Shown here in pieces: positions 1-10,939 of a stretch of 24,889 nucleotides of DNA. The number at the start of each line of letters is the position of its first letter. Within the stretch, counting starts at the first letter, position 1. Made by a program: the position numbers and the translations under genes. Source of the stretch: Clostridiales bacterium (lineage in GTDB: Bacteria; Bacillota; Clostridia; Oscillospirales; Ruminococcaceae). Under the pieces are notes generated by a model, which ran no database searches, had not been told where the DNA came from, and saw nothing but the letters and a program-made list of their open reading frames with translations. The stretch is taken from positions 1-24,889 of the forward strand of contig JAAZIT010000242.1 of assembly GCA_012800685.1 (NCBI GenBank), given 5' to 3'.

Positions 1-888
1 CAATCGGACAACCCTTTGTTTTTTGGTATGATAGGAATGCACGGAACTAAGAGCGCAAATGTTGCTGTCAAGGATTGTGATGTATTATTCTTAGTGGGCG
101 CAAGAGTTGGAGACAGGGCAATTAGAACTCCAATTAGTCTTGAGAAAAGCACAAAGATTATACATATAGATATAGACCCCGCTGAAATAGGTAAGAATGT
201 TTCAGCTGATATTCCTCTTGTTGGAGATGCAAAGCTTGTATTAAATCAGATGCTTGAGCTTGCCAAACCACTTGAACATGATAAATGGATTGAACATTTA
301 AATGGACTTGTAAAAAAGCCAGTTTATGCTGAGGCCAAAGAAGGTACAATTAACCCTAAAAAGTTTATTGCAGAGCTTTCGGAGGCAATGCCTAATGACA
401 CAACAGTTGTAGCTGATGTTGGACAAAATCAAATTTGGACAGCGGCCAGCTTTAAGATTAAAAACGGAAGATTTTTAACCTCTGGTGGCATGGGAACTAT
501 GGGATATTCAATTCCTGCGGCTGTAGGGGCGAAAATTGCCGATCCATCAAAACAGGTTGTTTCAATTTGTGGTGACGGTTCATTTCAAATGTCGTTTATG
601 GAGCTTGCAACTGCAATTCAGCACGGTGTCAAGGTTAAGTTTGTTGTTATGACAAACAATTATTTAGGAATGGTTAGGGAGCTTCAGCAGAACAATTATC
701 ACAACAGACTAGTTGCGGTTTCTCTTGACGGCTCGCCTGATTTTATCGCCGTAGCAAAGGCTTATGGGATTCCTTGCATGAGAGTAACCAATGAAGAAGA
801 GGCGAAGGTAGCAATTGAGAAATTATCAACCTCTGACGAAAGCTTTTTTGTTGAATGTTATGTGGACGAGCTTGCAACAACGCTTTAA
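1..888 (+). CDS. ilvB: Acetolactate synthase large subunit (5'-truncated by the window edge)
   Basis: Frame is open from base 1 (QSDNPLFFGMIGMHG). Contains GMHG, ADVGQNQIW, TSGGMGTMGY, the ThDP-binding GDGSFQM...NN motif, and lies directly upstream of ilvN/ilvC. Confidence 0.95.
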   Translation, partial: QSDNPLFFGMIGMHGTKSANVAVKDCDVLFLVGARVGDRAIRTPISLEKSTKIIHIDIDPAEIGKNVSADIPLVGDAKLVLNQMLELAKPLEHDKWIEHLNGLVKKPVYAEAKEGTINPKKFIAELSEAMPNDTTVVADVGQNQIWTAASFKIKNGRFLTSGGMGTMGYSIPAAVGAKIADPSKQVVSICGDGSFQMSFMELATAIQHGVKVKFVVMTNNYLGMVRELQQNNYHNRLVAVSLDGSPDFIAVAKAYGIPCMRVTNEEEAKVAIEKLSTSDESFFVECYVDELATTL

Positions 889-981
889 ATCAACGTGTTA
901 CTTTTTATGCTATATAAATGTGATATTTATTCATAACTAAGTGATACAATTAATTTTGTACAAAAGGAGTGTTTTAACTCT

Positions 982-1479
982 ATGAAACATATTATATCTG
1001 TCCTTGTAGAAAACCATGCTGGTGTCTTATCCAGAATATCGGGACTTTTCTCAAGGCGAGCCTTTAATATTGACAGTTTAGCTGTGGGCGTGACAGACGA
1101 TCCAAAGGTTTCTCGCATTACAATTATTGTGGACGGAAATCAGCATACAGTTGAACAGGTTGAAAAACAACTAAATAAGCTTATTGATGTTATTAAGGTT
1201 AAGCGTTTTGATAGGGATGAGCATATTGCAAGAGAATTAGTTCTTATTAAGGTATTGGCTTCTTCTGAGAAACGTGCTGAAATAATGACTGTAGCAGAGG
1301 TTACTGGTGCGGAAATTATTGATATATCTTTGACAACTATGACTTTACAGCTTGCTGATACATATGCACACGTTCAAAGGCTTGAGGAAATTGTTCGTCC
1401 ATATGGAATTTTAGAGGTTGTGAGAACTGGTACTATCGCAATTCAAAAGGGTGCTGAAGCAATTACTCATAAAAAGTAG
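982..1479 (+). CDS. ilvN: Acetolactate synthase small (regulatory) subunit
   Basis: ACT-domain N-terminus (VENHAGVLSRISGLFSRRAFNIDSL), C-terminal EVVRTG, RBS AAGGAG upstream. Confidence 0.96.
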   Translation: MKHIISVLVENHAGVLSRISGLFSRRAFNIDSLAVGVTDDPKVSRITIIVDGNQHTVEQVEKQLNKLIDVIKVKRFDRDEHIARELVLIKVLASSEKRAEIMTVAEVTGAEIIDISLTTMTLQLADTYAHVQRLEEIVRPYGILEVVRTGTIAIQKGAEAITHKK

Positions 1480-1521
1480 TTTATACTAGCATTAACCTCA
1501 AAGAGAGGCAAGGCTATATAA

Positions 1522-2580
<1,059 letters not shown>

Positions 2581-2595
2581 TTTTTAATTAAATAC

Positions 2596-2628
2596 AAAAA
2601 AGAGACTTTTTTATAAAGTCTCTTTTTT
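2596..2628. terminator. Bidirectional intrinsic terminator between ilvC and the GH74 gene
   Basis: AAAAAAGAGACTTT (2596-2609) / AAAGTCTCTTTTTT (2615-2628) inverted repeat with A and T tails between convergent genes. Confidence 0.9.
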
Positions 2629-2735
2629 ATTTAATAGTAAAATAGCTTGTACAATTTGTAATTAGGAATAATCAACGGCTCTCTTTTGTTAAATTAATTA
2701 TATTTAAAAACTAAATATAATTAATCAGGGTATGG

Positions 2736-5129
2736 TTAACTTTCCTCTCCGTATAAGGCGCCACGAGCATTTGTGGCAAGATAAAATCTTCCAAATTTTC
2801 TAAAATCCCCATCTATAGAGGTTATTCCGCCAAACATTTGGTTATCGTTATTTATCCTAGCCCAGCTTTTGCCATTGTCGAGTGAACGCCAAAATCCATA
2901 TTCATTAAATAGTATTCCACTAATATAAAGAGCAGGAGTTTTATCATCAAGCCCTTTTCCAAATCCTACGGTTTTAACAAAATCACCGTGTGTAGTTATT
3001 TTTGTAGCATGACAGCTTTTATCTGAGAACTCAAGTTTCCAAAGGCCATTTTTATGGAGTGCAAGGTATGCCACTCCTTCTTTATCCGGCAAAAATCTAA
3101 TTTCACATTTTTTAAATCCGTCGATTCCTGAAAAGAAATAATCCTTTGGAAATTCGTTATTTGCTTCTATCTGATAAAAGCTATCACCCTTATCTTGGCT
3201 TAAATAAATTTGTCCGTTTTCACCAAAGCCATAAAATACGTTAGGGTTTACCCAATCAGAAAAGAATTTAATGCAAAGCTTTGGATTATAGTTAGGATTA
3301 AGTTGGTTTGTGAAGTTAGGTTCATTCCTACAATCTAGGTTAGAATTAGAGCTAGAAAATGTTTTAGCGCTAGAAACCTCATTATTATTTAAATCAAATA
3401 CCTTAACCTTTTTATATGTCTTTGTGGACATATCATATTTAACGCTTAAATCAACTGAAAGATTAAATCTGTCTCTTGCAAGAGTCCAAAGTATAGTTGC
3501 ACCGTCACTAGACATGGCTACCCAGCCTCCATTAACATTTGGCTGTTTTAGCTTTAATACTGCACTATCTATCTCATCAGAAATATTTTCAGGATAACCT
3601 AAGTGAGAAAAATTATCCCCTCCATCTGTGGTATAAATAAGTCCTCCCTTTGTAATTCCAGTCCAGTTTCCACGAGCTGTTACTACAAAAATATCAGGGC
3701 TTGAAGGTAAATAATCGGCGTTTATACAGGTAATATATCTATTGTTATTCTCGTCTGCAAATGAATTTTCACAAGGTTTATTAAGTTGACGGAAAGCAAA
3801 TCCACCTAGGTCGCCAATAATATCAAGCACTAGATTTTTTCCACTTGGAATACCATAAATATTTAAGTGAACTGTTTCTTCAATTCCAGTATTTAGGGTC
3901 TCCCAAACAATATCTTTCGGTTTTGCGCTAAAATTAAAGGATATAAAAACTCCAGTTCCAGAGTTAAAAATTGCCATATCCTTATTAAAAGGATTAACCT
4001 TTAAGTTACTCATCCAGTGAATTGGAAGTCCCCCACCATTGTATTCGGGTTTTTGGTATGGAGTGGTTATAATAACATTTTCGATGTAATCTTTAGAAAG
4101 TATAAATTCAAAAGTTTCGCCCATGTTCTCTGAAGCTAAAATAAAATTATCTTCTCCGCCACAAGCTGCCACGGTAATACGCTTATCTTTTATGGATATT
4201 CCGCCTAAACCAGATTGAAATAGTCTATTTGGATTACTATCTTTTAAATGATTAAGGTTTGGGGTTATATCTTTAAAATTAACGATTTTTCCGTCTATTA
4301 TGTTATAAAGACCAATTCTTCCGTCAAAGCCACCACCATTATCACAAGCGAAGCTATTCCATTTTGCAAAGCTATCCTTATGAGAGCATGAAAACGAGAT
4401 AACTATATTATTAGAATTGACTGAAATACCGACTGGAACAAAACCTTTATAAAAACAGCGGGCATCGTCAAGAGTTTTTGGAGTAGGGAGAGATTTAAAG
4501 GTCTCTCCCTTGTTATATGACACGTAGAGAGTATCTCCACGGTTGTTAGTTATAGAATTTGTTTCACCGGTACATGCTACAATCATTATGTCTTCTTTTT
4601 GACTAAGCCAAATAAAAGTAATGTTGTTTTCAGGGAAATCGAGCTTTTCCCAGCTATCTCCTAAATCCACGGATTTAAAAAAACCACTACCTTGAGAACC
4701 AAAATACAAAGTATCATCTTTAAAGGCTAGTCTTTCATCTGTTGACCTTGCTGCAAAATTTCCGTCAACTGGAAATGGAACTGGCTTTTCTAAAAAGCTA
4801 TTACCCATATCTTCGGAAATTAGAAGGCTGCAACCGTCATTCTTATGTCTATAGGCACTATCACCACATATTGCAAAAAGTCTATTACTATTATAATAGT
4901 CAATGGCTATGGACAAAGGTCTGTTTAAATGATGTTGAAATTCAGTGAAAGAGTCCATTAAGGATATCCATTGTCTTTTTTCAAAGGAAAATCTATATAC
5001 ACCACCTATGTCAGTTCTGGCATATAGTATATTAGGAGAAGTGGGATGAAAAACGAAACCTGTGACAAAGCCACCTCCTGGAGTTGATAAACTGTTATAA
5101 TTATATGAAACTGGATTTAATTTATTCAT
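2736..5129 (-). CDS. GH74 xyloglucanase-like double beta-propeller glycoside hydrolase, no signal peptide
   Basis: GGGFVTG, YARTDIGG (D40) and IGDLGGF (D440) match the two GH74 catalytic Asp motifs. GIEETV motif and BNR/Asp-box repeats (SVDLGDSW, SYNKGETF, TTDGGDNF, SLDNGKSW). Start moved to ATG 5129 because AAGGAGG lies just upstream. Confidence 0.85.
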   Translation of the reverse strand: MNKLNPVSYNYNSLSTPGGGFVTGFVFHPTSPNILYARTDIGGVYRFSFEKRQWISLMDSFTEFQHHLNRPLSIAIDYYNSNRLFAICGDSAYRHKNDGCSLLISEDMGNSFLEKPVPFPVDGNFAARSTDERLAFKDDTLYFGSQGSGFFKSVDLGDSWEKLDFPENNITFIWLSQKEDIMIVACTGETNSITNNRGDTLYVSYNKGETFKSLPTPKTLDDARCFYKGFVPVGISVNSNNIVISFSCSHKDSFAKWNSFACDNGGGFDGRIGLYNIIDGKIVNFKDITPNLNHLKDSNPNRLFQSGLGGISIKDKRITVAACGGEDNFILASENMGETFEFILSKDYIENVIITTPYQKPEYNGGGLPIHWMSNLKVNPFNKDMAIFNSGTGVFISFNFSAKPKDIVWETLNTGIEETVHLNIYGIPSGKNLVLDIIGDLGGFAFRQLNKPCENSFADENNNRYITCINADYLPSSPDIFVVTARGNWTGITKGGLIYTTDGGDNFSHLGYPENISDEIDSAVLKLKQPNVNGGWVAMSSDGATILWTLARDRFNLSVDLSVKYDMSTKTYKKVKVFDLNNNEVSSAKTFSSSNSNLDCRNEPNFTNQLNPNYNPKLCIKFFSDWVNPNVFYGFGENGQIYLSQDKGDSFYQIEANNEFPKDYFFSGIDGFKKCEIRFLPDKEGVAYLALHKNGLWKLEFSDKSCHATKITTHGDFVKTVGFGKGLDDKTPALYISGILFNEYGFWRSLDNGKSWARINNDNQMFGGITSIDGDFRKFGRFYLATNARGALYGEES

Positions 5130-5269
5130 GTTGCAAACCTCCTTCATCTTTTCAGTTTCTAATTATAGATTACTACACGGAAATAACAATAATTAGGGTC
5201 TTTTATTAAGATTATGTAAATTGTGAAATAAGAAGTTGCAATATGAAATAGTATAAATAAATTAAACTG

Positions 5270-5923
5270 TTATTTTCGTGATTTGTTATAATCACATATA
5301 TCGGAAATTGGACATTTTTCACAGCGCTCTCCTCTAGCTTTACAAATATCCCTGCCAAAGATTACTATGCGATGACAAAAATCTGAGGATTTTTCAGGTG
5401 GAATAATTTTTCTAAGGTCATCTTCAACCTTTTTTGGTATTTTATTCTTAGTTAGTCCAATTCTTCCTGTTATTCTTATAAAGTGGGTATCAGTTACTAT
5501 CGCAGGCATATGATGAACATCACCCATAATTAAATTAGCTGTTTTTCTTCCTATTCCAGAAAGTGTGGTTAGCTCCTCGAGCGTATTTGGAATTTCTCCA
5601 TTGAAATTTTCAATAAGCTGTTGGCACATCTCTTTTATAGATTTAGCTTTTGTTTTATAAAGTCCACAAGGTTTTATAATTTCTTCTATATCCGAAATTT
5701 CTGCTTCGGCAAAGTCTTTAATTGATGTGTATTTTTCAAAAAGTGGTTTCGAAACGATATTTACACGAGCATCAGTACATTGAGCAGAAAGCCTTCCGGC
5801 TATCATTAACTCATGGGGTTTTGAGTATGTTAGCGAACAAGAAGCATCAGGGTAGTATTCCTCAAGTCGATTACAGACTTCGATTGCCTTTTGTTTTGTG
5901 GTATAAGTCTTGGGTTTTGTCAT
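5270..5923 (-). CDS. nth: Endonuclease III (DNA glycosylase/AP lyase, 4Fe-4S)
   Basis: LSAQCTDARVN, HhH motif LSGIGRKTAN, TDTH, C-terminal CKARGERCEKCPISDIC. Start set at ATG 5923 (AGGAGG upstream). Confidence 0.96.
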   Translation of the reverse strand: MTKPKTYTTKQKAIEVCNRLEEYYPDASCSLTYSKPHELMIAGRLSAQCTDARVNIVSKPLFEKYTSIKDFAEAEISDIEEIIKPCGLYKTKAKSIKEMCQQLIENFNGEIPNTLEELTTLSGIGRKTANLIMGDVHHMPAIVTDTHFIRITGRIGLTKNKIPKKVEDDLRKIIPPEKSSDFCHRIVIFGRDICKARGERCEKCPISDICDYNKSRK

Positions 5924-6058
5924 AATAATCCTCCTATCGCAAAAATTGATTGTTTTATCTATTTTAAACGATTTTTCAACAAAAAGCAACCATGTTGGTT
6001 ATGTACTTTGTTGGTAAAAACCTATAGTTGTGGGCGAGTATTTTAGTAAAAAATCATA

Positions 6059-6087
6059 TTGAAATAAATATGTAGATATAGTATAAT
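6059..6087 (+). promoter_or_regulatory. Putative sigma-A promoter for the mraY-like operon
   Basis: TTGAAA-17 nt-TATAAT. Confidence 0.6.
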
Positions 6088-6147
6088 GAATAGTGTATTA
6101 TATAATAGAAATTACAATATTTAGAATAATTGAAAAGGACGATGACG

Positions 6148-7116
6148 ATGTTAAGTTTGCTTTTTAGCGACGAATTTAGAGGGGTGGGGCTGGCACTCAC
6201 GGTGGCTATGTCTTTTGCTATAACTTTTTTGGGTATAATCCTCTTTAAAGGAATGCTTCCAAAGGACCAAGGAAGGAAATATGCTCACAACGGTTCTCTT
6301 TCTGAGGGTAAACCACGAGGGGCGGGACTTATACTAATAACAACATTTACAATTTCATCGGTTTTATTAGTGAAGCTTAATTTAGAAGTGATTATTTACT
6401 TAGTTTTGATATTTTTGTCAATGCTAACTGGTTATTTAGATGATTCGTCTGAAAAACCATGGGGCGAGCTGGTTAAGGGGCTTTTAGACTTTGCTATTTC
6501 AGCTGCAACAGCTTTTGCATACTACCATTTCAATTCGTCAAACATTTCCATTGCTATGTTAAACATTGACATCTATATACATCCTGTATTGTTTGTTGTT
6601 TTGGGAACAATACTTGTCTGGGCTAGTATTAATGTGACAAACTGCTCTGATGGTGTTGATGGGTTATGCGGAACACTTACTACAATTTCACTTGCAACGG
6701 CTTTAATTATACTAACAAAGCTTAACATTGACAGGACATTTTCAACAATCCTTGTTATAATGATTGTATCAATTGCAGCTTACTTATGGTTTAACGCTTC
6801 TCCAAGCAAAATATTAATGGGGGATGCTGGTTCACGAGCTTTGGGAGTTGTTTTGGCAATTGCGTTCTTAAAAACAGGCTCACCAATTCTATTCATTCCA
6901 GCGGCAATAATTCTTATTATTGATGGCGGATTAGGTTTGTTAAAGCTTTCAGCAATAAGATTTTTAAAGATAAAGAACTTTATGAAGAACATTAGAACTC
7001 CAATTCACGACCATTTGAGAAAAAATAAGGGTTGGTCTGATACGCAAACAGTATACAGGCTTTCAATCATTCAGTTTTTGGTTTCAGTGGCAACTATAGC
7101 ATTGGTTTTTAAATAG
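6148..7116 (+). CDS. mraY: MraY-like polyprenyl-phosphate HexNAc-1-phosphate transferase (Glycos_transf_4)
   Basis: About 10 hydrophobic segments; GYLDD, NVTNCSDGVDGL, MGDAGS and PIHDHL motifs. Start at ATG 6148 (AAGGA 8 nt upstream); the ORF track starts at TTG 6130. Divergent, so the symbol is tentative. Confidence 0.72.
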   Translation: MLSLLFSDEFRGVGLALTVAMSFAITFLGIILFKGMLPKDQGRKYAHNGSLSEGKPRGAGLILITTFTISSVLLVKLNLEVIIYLVLIFLSMLTGYLDDSSEKPWGELVKGLLDFAISAATAFAYYHFNSSNISIAMLNIDIYIHPVLFVVLGTILVWASINVTNCSDGVDGLCGTLTTISLATALIILTKLNIDRTFSTILVIMIVSIAAYLWFNASPSKILMGDAGSRALGVVLAIAFLKTGSPILFIPAAIILIIDGGLGLLKLSAIRFLKIKNFMKNIRTPIHDHLRKNKGWSDTQTVYRLSIIQFLVSVATIALVFK

Positions 7117-7159
7117 GAATTTATAATGAATTAAGAAAAAGGGGTATTGGGAATTTAAA

Positions 7160-7783
7160 ATGATTGGTTTTTATAATTATTCAGTGATACTAACTTATAT
7201 TGGTTTGGCATCATCTGTATTTGGTATGACGCAAATATTTGAGGGCGATTATGCAATATGTTTTTTATGTCTGTTGCTTTCAGGAATATGTGATTTATTT
7301 GATGGAAAAATTGCAAGAGCAATGAAAAACAGAACGGATCAAGAAAAGGTTTTTGGAATTCAAATTGATTCATTATGTGATTTAGTATGCTTTACTGTTT
7401 TTCCTGCAATGATTGGTTATTCCTTTGGTCTAAACCACGGTCTAGGTCTAGTTTCGGCAATATTGCTTGTATTATGCGGTGTTATTAGATTGGGATATTT
7501 TAATGTTATTGAGCAAGAGCGTCAGCAAACTACCACCGAGAACAGAAAAGAATATCAAGGGCTTCCTGTAACATCAGTGTCAGTGCTTTTTCCGCTAATT
7601 TATTTAGCTAAAAATGCTGTGGGAAGTGCGTTTCCTTATATTTTCCAAAGCTTTATGATAATAGTATCATTGCTTTTCGTGGTAAAAATAAAGGTAAAAA
7701 AGCCAAGCTTGAGAGGGCTTTTGGTTTTAGCAACACTAGGAATTTTAATTTTAGTAGGTTTTTGGAAGGGTAATTTGTATTAA
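7160..7783 (+). CDS. pssA: CDP-diacylglycerol--serine O-phosphatidyltransferase
   Basis: CDP-alcohol phosphotransferase motif DLFDGKIAR...FGIQIDSLCD. Stop overlaps the psd start (TAATG). Confidence 0.85.
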   Translation: MIGFYNYSVILTYIGLASSVFGMTQIFEGDYAICFLCLLLSGICDLFDGKIARAMKNRTDQEKVFGIQIDSLCDLVCFTVFPAMIGYSFGLNHGLGLVSAILLVLCGVIRLGYFNVIEQERQQTTTENRKEYQGLPVTSVSVLFPLIYLAKNAVGSAFPYIFQSFMIIVSLLFVVKIKVKKPSLRGLLVLATLGILILVGFWKGNLY

Positions 7784-8646
7784 TGAATTTTAAGGATTTA
7801 GATGGCAACTGTTATTCTAATGAGACATCACAGGACAGGCTTTTGAAAAACCTTTATACAAAAATTTGGGGCAGGGCGATACTAAAGATTTTAGTATCAC
7901 CTGCTATTTCAAAGTTAGGCGGTTCTGTTTTAAACTCAAGACTTTCAGTTCCAATGATAAAAAGCTTTATAAAGAAAAACAATATTGATATGACACAATT
8001 TGAGGAGAGAAAGTTTAAAAGCTATAATGATTTCTTTACTAGAAAAATTAAGCAAGGAAAGCGACCTTTTTCTAATGACGAAAGGGTTTTAATTTCTCCT
8101 AGTGATTCTAAAGTAAGCTGTTATAAGCTTGATGATAATGCTAGTTTTAGTATTAAGGGAACAACTTATTCCTGCGAAAGCCTTTTAAAAAGCAAGAGCA
8201 CAGCCGAAAAATTTAGTGGAGGCTACGCTTTTATATTAAGGCTATCTGTTGACGATTATCACAGATACAGCTACTGCTGTAGTGGAATTAAATCCAATAA
8301 CAAGCATATTAAGGGTAAATTTCACACAGTTAATCCTATTGCCTTTGATTATTATCCAGTATTTAAAGAAAACACAAGAGAATATTGTTTAATAAAATCA
8401 AAGGTATTTGGTTTGGTTATGCAAATGGAAGTCGGAGCAACCATGGTAGGGAAAATATCGAATTTGCATAACGACAAGGGCATTGTTTTTAAAGGCGAGG
8501 AAAAAGGTAAATTTGAATTTGGTGGTTCTACAGTAGTTCTAATGGTTCAACAGGGAGCTATTCAAGAGCCTAAAATATTTTTAGAAAACACTTATCATAA
8601 TTGTGAGACTATTATAAAACAAGGACAAACCCTTGCGATAAATTAA
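7783..8646 (+). CDS. psd: Phosphatidylserine decarboxylase proenzyme
   Basis: SYNDFFTRK, SPSDSK, RLSVDDYHR, HTVNP, EVGATMVGKI and the FGGST autocleavage site. Confidence 0.93.
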   Translation: MNFKDLDGNCYSNETSQDRLLKNLYTKIWGRAILKILVSPAISKLGGSVLNSRLSVPMIKSFIKKNNIDMTQFEERKFKSYNDFFTRKIKQGKRPFSNDERVLISPSDSKVSCYKLDDNASFSIKGTTYSCESLLKSKSTAEKFSGGYAFILRLSVDDYHRYSYCCSGIKSNNKHIKGKFHTVNPIAFDYYPVFKENTREYCLIKSKVFGLVMQMEVGATMVGKISNLHNDKGIVFKGEEKGKFEFGGSTVVLMVQQGAIQEPKIFLENTYHNCETIIKQGQTLAIN

Positions 8647-8660
8647 GGAGGGAGAGCACT

Positions 8661-10631
8661 ATGCTTCGAATTAATGATTATGCCGCTTTTGATAGGGATA
8701 ATTACTATGGTGGTGATGATTTAGGGGTTAAGATCGTTGACGGTAAAACACAGTTTAGAACATGGTCGCCATGGGCAACTGGAGTATATCTAAAAGTTTT
8801 TGCTGATGGCACTGGAATGAATTTAGTGGAATCCTTACCGATGGAAAGGCATTGGACTGGTGTTTGGTTTGTTGAGATTTTAAGAAGTCTTGATGGCTAT
8901 TTTTACACCTTTTCATTTGAATTTCATGGTCGACGTGAAGAAACCATTGATATATATGCTAAAGCCTGTGGGGTTAACGGTGACAGAGGAGCAATAGTTG
9001 ACTTTTCAACCACTAATCCAAAGGGCTGGGACAAAGTAAAAAGTCCTATATGCGAATCACCTTGTGATGCAATTATTTATGAGACTCATGTGCGAGATTT
9101 TTCTATTGACCCAACAAGTGGGGTTTCTCTTGAAAATCGTGGAAAGTACTTAGGATTTACTGAAGAAAAAACTAGGAATGGCGAAATAAAAACTGGACTT
9201 GATCATTTAATTGAGCTAGGGGTTACTCATGTTCAACTTCTTCCGGTTGGGGATTTTGTAACGGTTGACGAATCTAAGCCACACAAGGCGCAATACAATT
9301 GGGGCTATGATCCTAAGAATTACAACTGTCTTGAGGGCTCTTATTCCACAGACCCTGAGGATCCTAAAAAAAGAATTACAGAATTTAAAGAGCTAGTGAT
9401 GGCTTTACACAAAAAAGGCATTGGAGTTATAATGGATGTTGTTTACAATCATACTTATTACACCGAGCTTTCAGCTTTTCACAAGTCTTTTCCATATTAT
9501 TATCATCGTAATAGAGACGGTTTGTTTTCTAACGGTTCAGGCTGTGGTAACGAAACAGCTTCTGAGCATTTAATGATGAGAAAATTTATAATTGATAGCA
9601 TAAAATTTTGGGCAACAGAGTACAAAATAGACGGATTTAGATTTGACTTAATGGCTCTTCACGATATTGAAACAGTAAACCTTATAAGAGGAGAGCTTAA
9701 CAAAATTAACCCTAACATCTTAATGTACGGCGAGGGGTGGACAGGTGGAGATTCGCTTTTAAGCGTCGACCAGCTTGCATTTAAGTGGAATTCTTATAAA
9801 TTTGGAGCTGTTGGTTTATTTAACGACAACATTCGTGATGCTATCAAGGGCGGAACTTTTAACGCTTATGAAGCAGGCTATGTAAGTGGAGATTTCAATG
9901 CAGCAGGTGTTATAAAACGTGGAATTGTGGGGTCTGTTCCTCACAGCCAGTTAGATACGCACCAAGACGCTTGTTGGGCTTATGAACCAACCCAATCTAT
10001 CAATTATTGTGAGGCTCACGACAATAATACCCTGTGGGATAAAATTTGCATTAGTGCAAATCACCAAGAAGAAAATATTAGGAAGAGAATGGATATGCTT
10101 GCAGCGGCAATATTAATGGTTTCTCAAGGTGTTCCATTTATTCAGTTCGGACAAGATTTCTTAAGAACAAAACCTAAAATTCTTCCAGTAGGAACTGAAC
10201 CTAATCCTTGTAATATTTTTGACGAAAATAGCTATAATGCTCCCGATTTTACCAATTCAATTAAGTGGGGGAGAAAAGCGGAATATTTTGATGTTTTTAG
10301 ATATTACAAGGCGCTAATTAAGTTAAGAAAATCATCAAAGCTATTTAGGCTCTCGACTAAAGAAGATGTTGAAAGATGCTTAAGATTTGAGTACCATGAT
10401 GATCCAAACTTAATTTGTTTTTCACTTAGAGATGAAGATGAGTGCTTTTACATCATTATAAATCCAACTCAAGAATTTCGTGAGGTATGGGTACCAGAGT
10501 ATATCTGGAATGAAGGTATGTGCACAATTTGCTGTGATGAAAGTGGTAAGGCTTTTAGAGAGCCTATTAACAAAAGGAATATCATTGTTACACCAATTTC
10601 GATGGTAGCAGTTAAGCGTGTTCTAAATTAA
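8661..10631 (+). CDS. pulA: Type I pullulanase (GH13), no signal peptide
   Basis: YNWGYDP signature, DVVYNH, DGFRFDLM (nucleophile), YGEGW (acid/base), NYCEAHDN. RBS AAGGAGGGAG lies 14 nt after the psd stop region. Confidence 0.92.
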   Translation: MLRINDYAAFDRDNYYGGDDLGVKIVDGKTQFRTWSPWATGVYLKVFADGTGMNLVESLPMERHWTGVWFVEILRSLDGYFYTFSFEFHGRREETIDIYAKACGVNGDRGAIVDFSTTNPKGWDKVKSPICESPCDAIIYETHVRDFSIDPTSGVSLENRGKYLGFTEEKTRNGEIKTGLDHLIELGVTHVQLLPVGDFVTVDESKPHKAQYNWGYDPKNYNCLEGSYSTDPEDPKKRITEFKELVMALHKKGIGVIMDVVYNHTYYTELSAFHKSFPYYYHRNRDGLFSNGSGCGNETASEHLMMRKFIIDSIKFWATEYKIDGFRFDLMALHDIETVNLIRGELNKINPNILMYGEGWTGGDSLLSVDQLAFKWNSYKFGAVGLFNDNIRDAIKGGTFNAYEAGYVSGDFNAAGVIKRGIVGSVPHSQLDTHQDACWAYEPTQSINYCEAHDNNTLWDKICISANHQEENIRKRMDMLAAAILMVSQGVPFIQFGQDFLRTKPKILPVGTEPNPCNIFDENSYNAPDFTNSIKWGRKAEYFDVFRYYKALIKLRKSSKLFRLSTKEDVERCLRFEYHDDPNLICFSLRDEDECFYIIINPTQEFREVWVPEYIWNEGMCTICCDESGKAFREPINKRNIIVTPISMVAVKRVLN

Positions 10632-10643
10632 TTTCTGTGTATT

Positions 10644-10678
10644 AAACAGCCTGTCTTATTAATAGGACAGGCTGTTTT
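10644..10678 (+). terminator. Intrinsic terminator after pulA
   Basis: AAACAGCCTGTC / GACAGGCTGTTT stem with T tail. Confidence 0.9.
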
Positions 10679-10939
10679 ATTTAAAAATGTTCCTGACATA
10701 TCACCCATGAAACAGATATATATATAATTATTCTAAGCGGTGAAAGGTTTGACATAGTGCATGGGTTTAATAAACACTTACAAATTAAATTAAAACTTAT
10801 TTATGCTAAAAGTTAATTTTGCTTTGAATTATTTATAATACTATTAGTTGTTTGGTGGACTTATTTTTATTCACAAAGCATTAATGAATATGTTGTATAA
10901 TAAGGTTTGAACGTAATACAAAAAGCTAGGAGATAACAC

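Noticed and set aside
10700-10770. Possible structured RNA between pulA and recQ (CCCATG/CATGGG, TCACC/GGTGA)
   Set aside because: Only 5-6-bp distant pairings, and no recognisable family, promoter or terminator pair.
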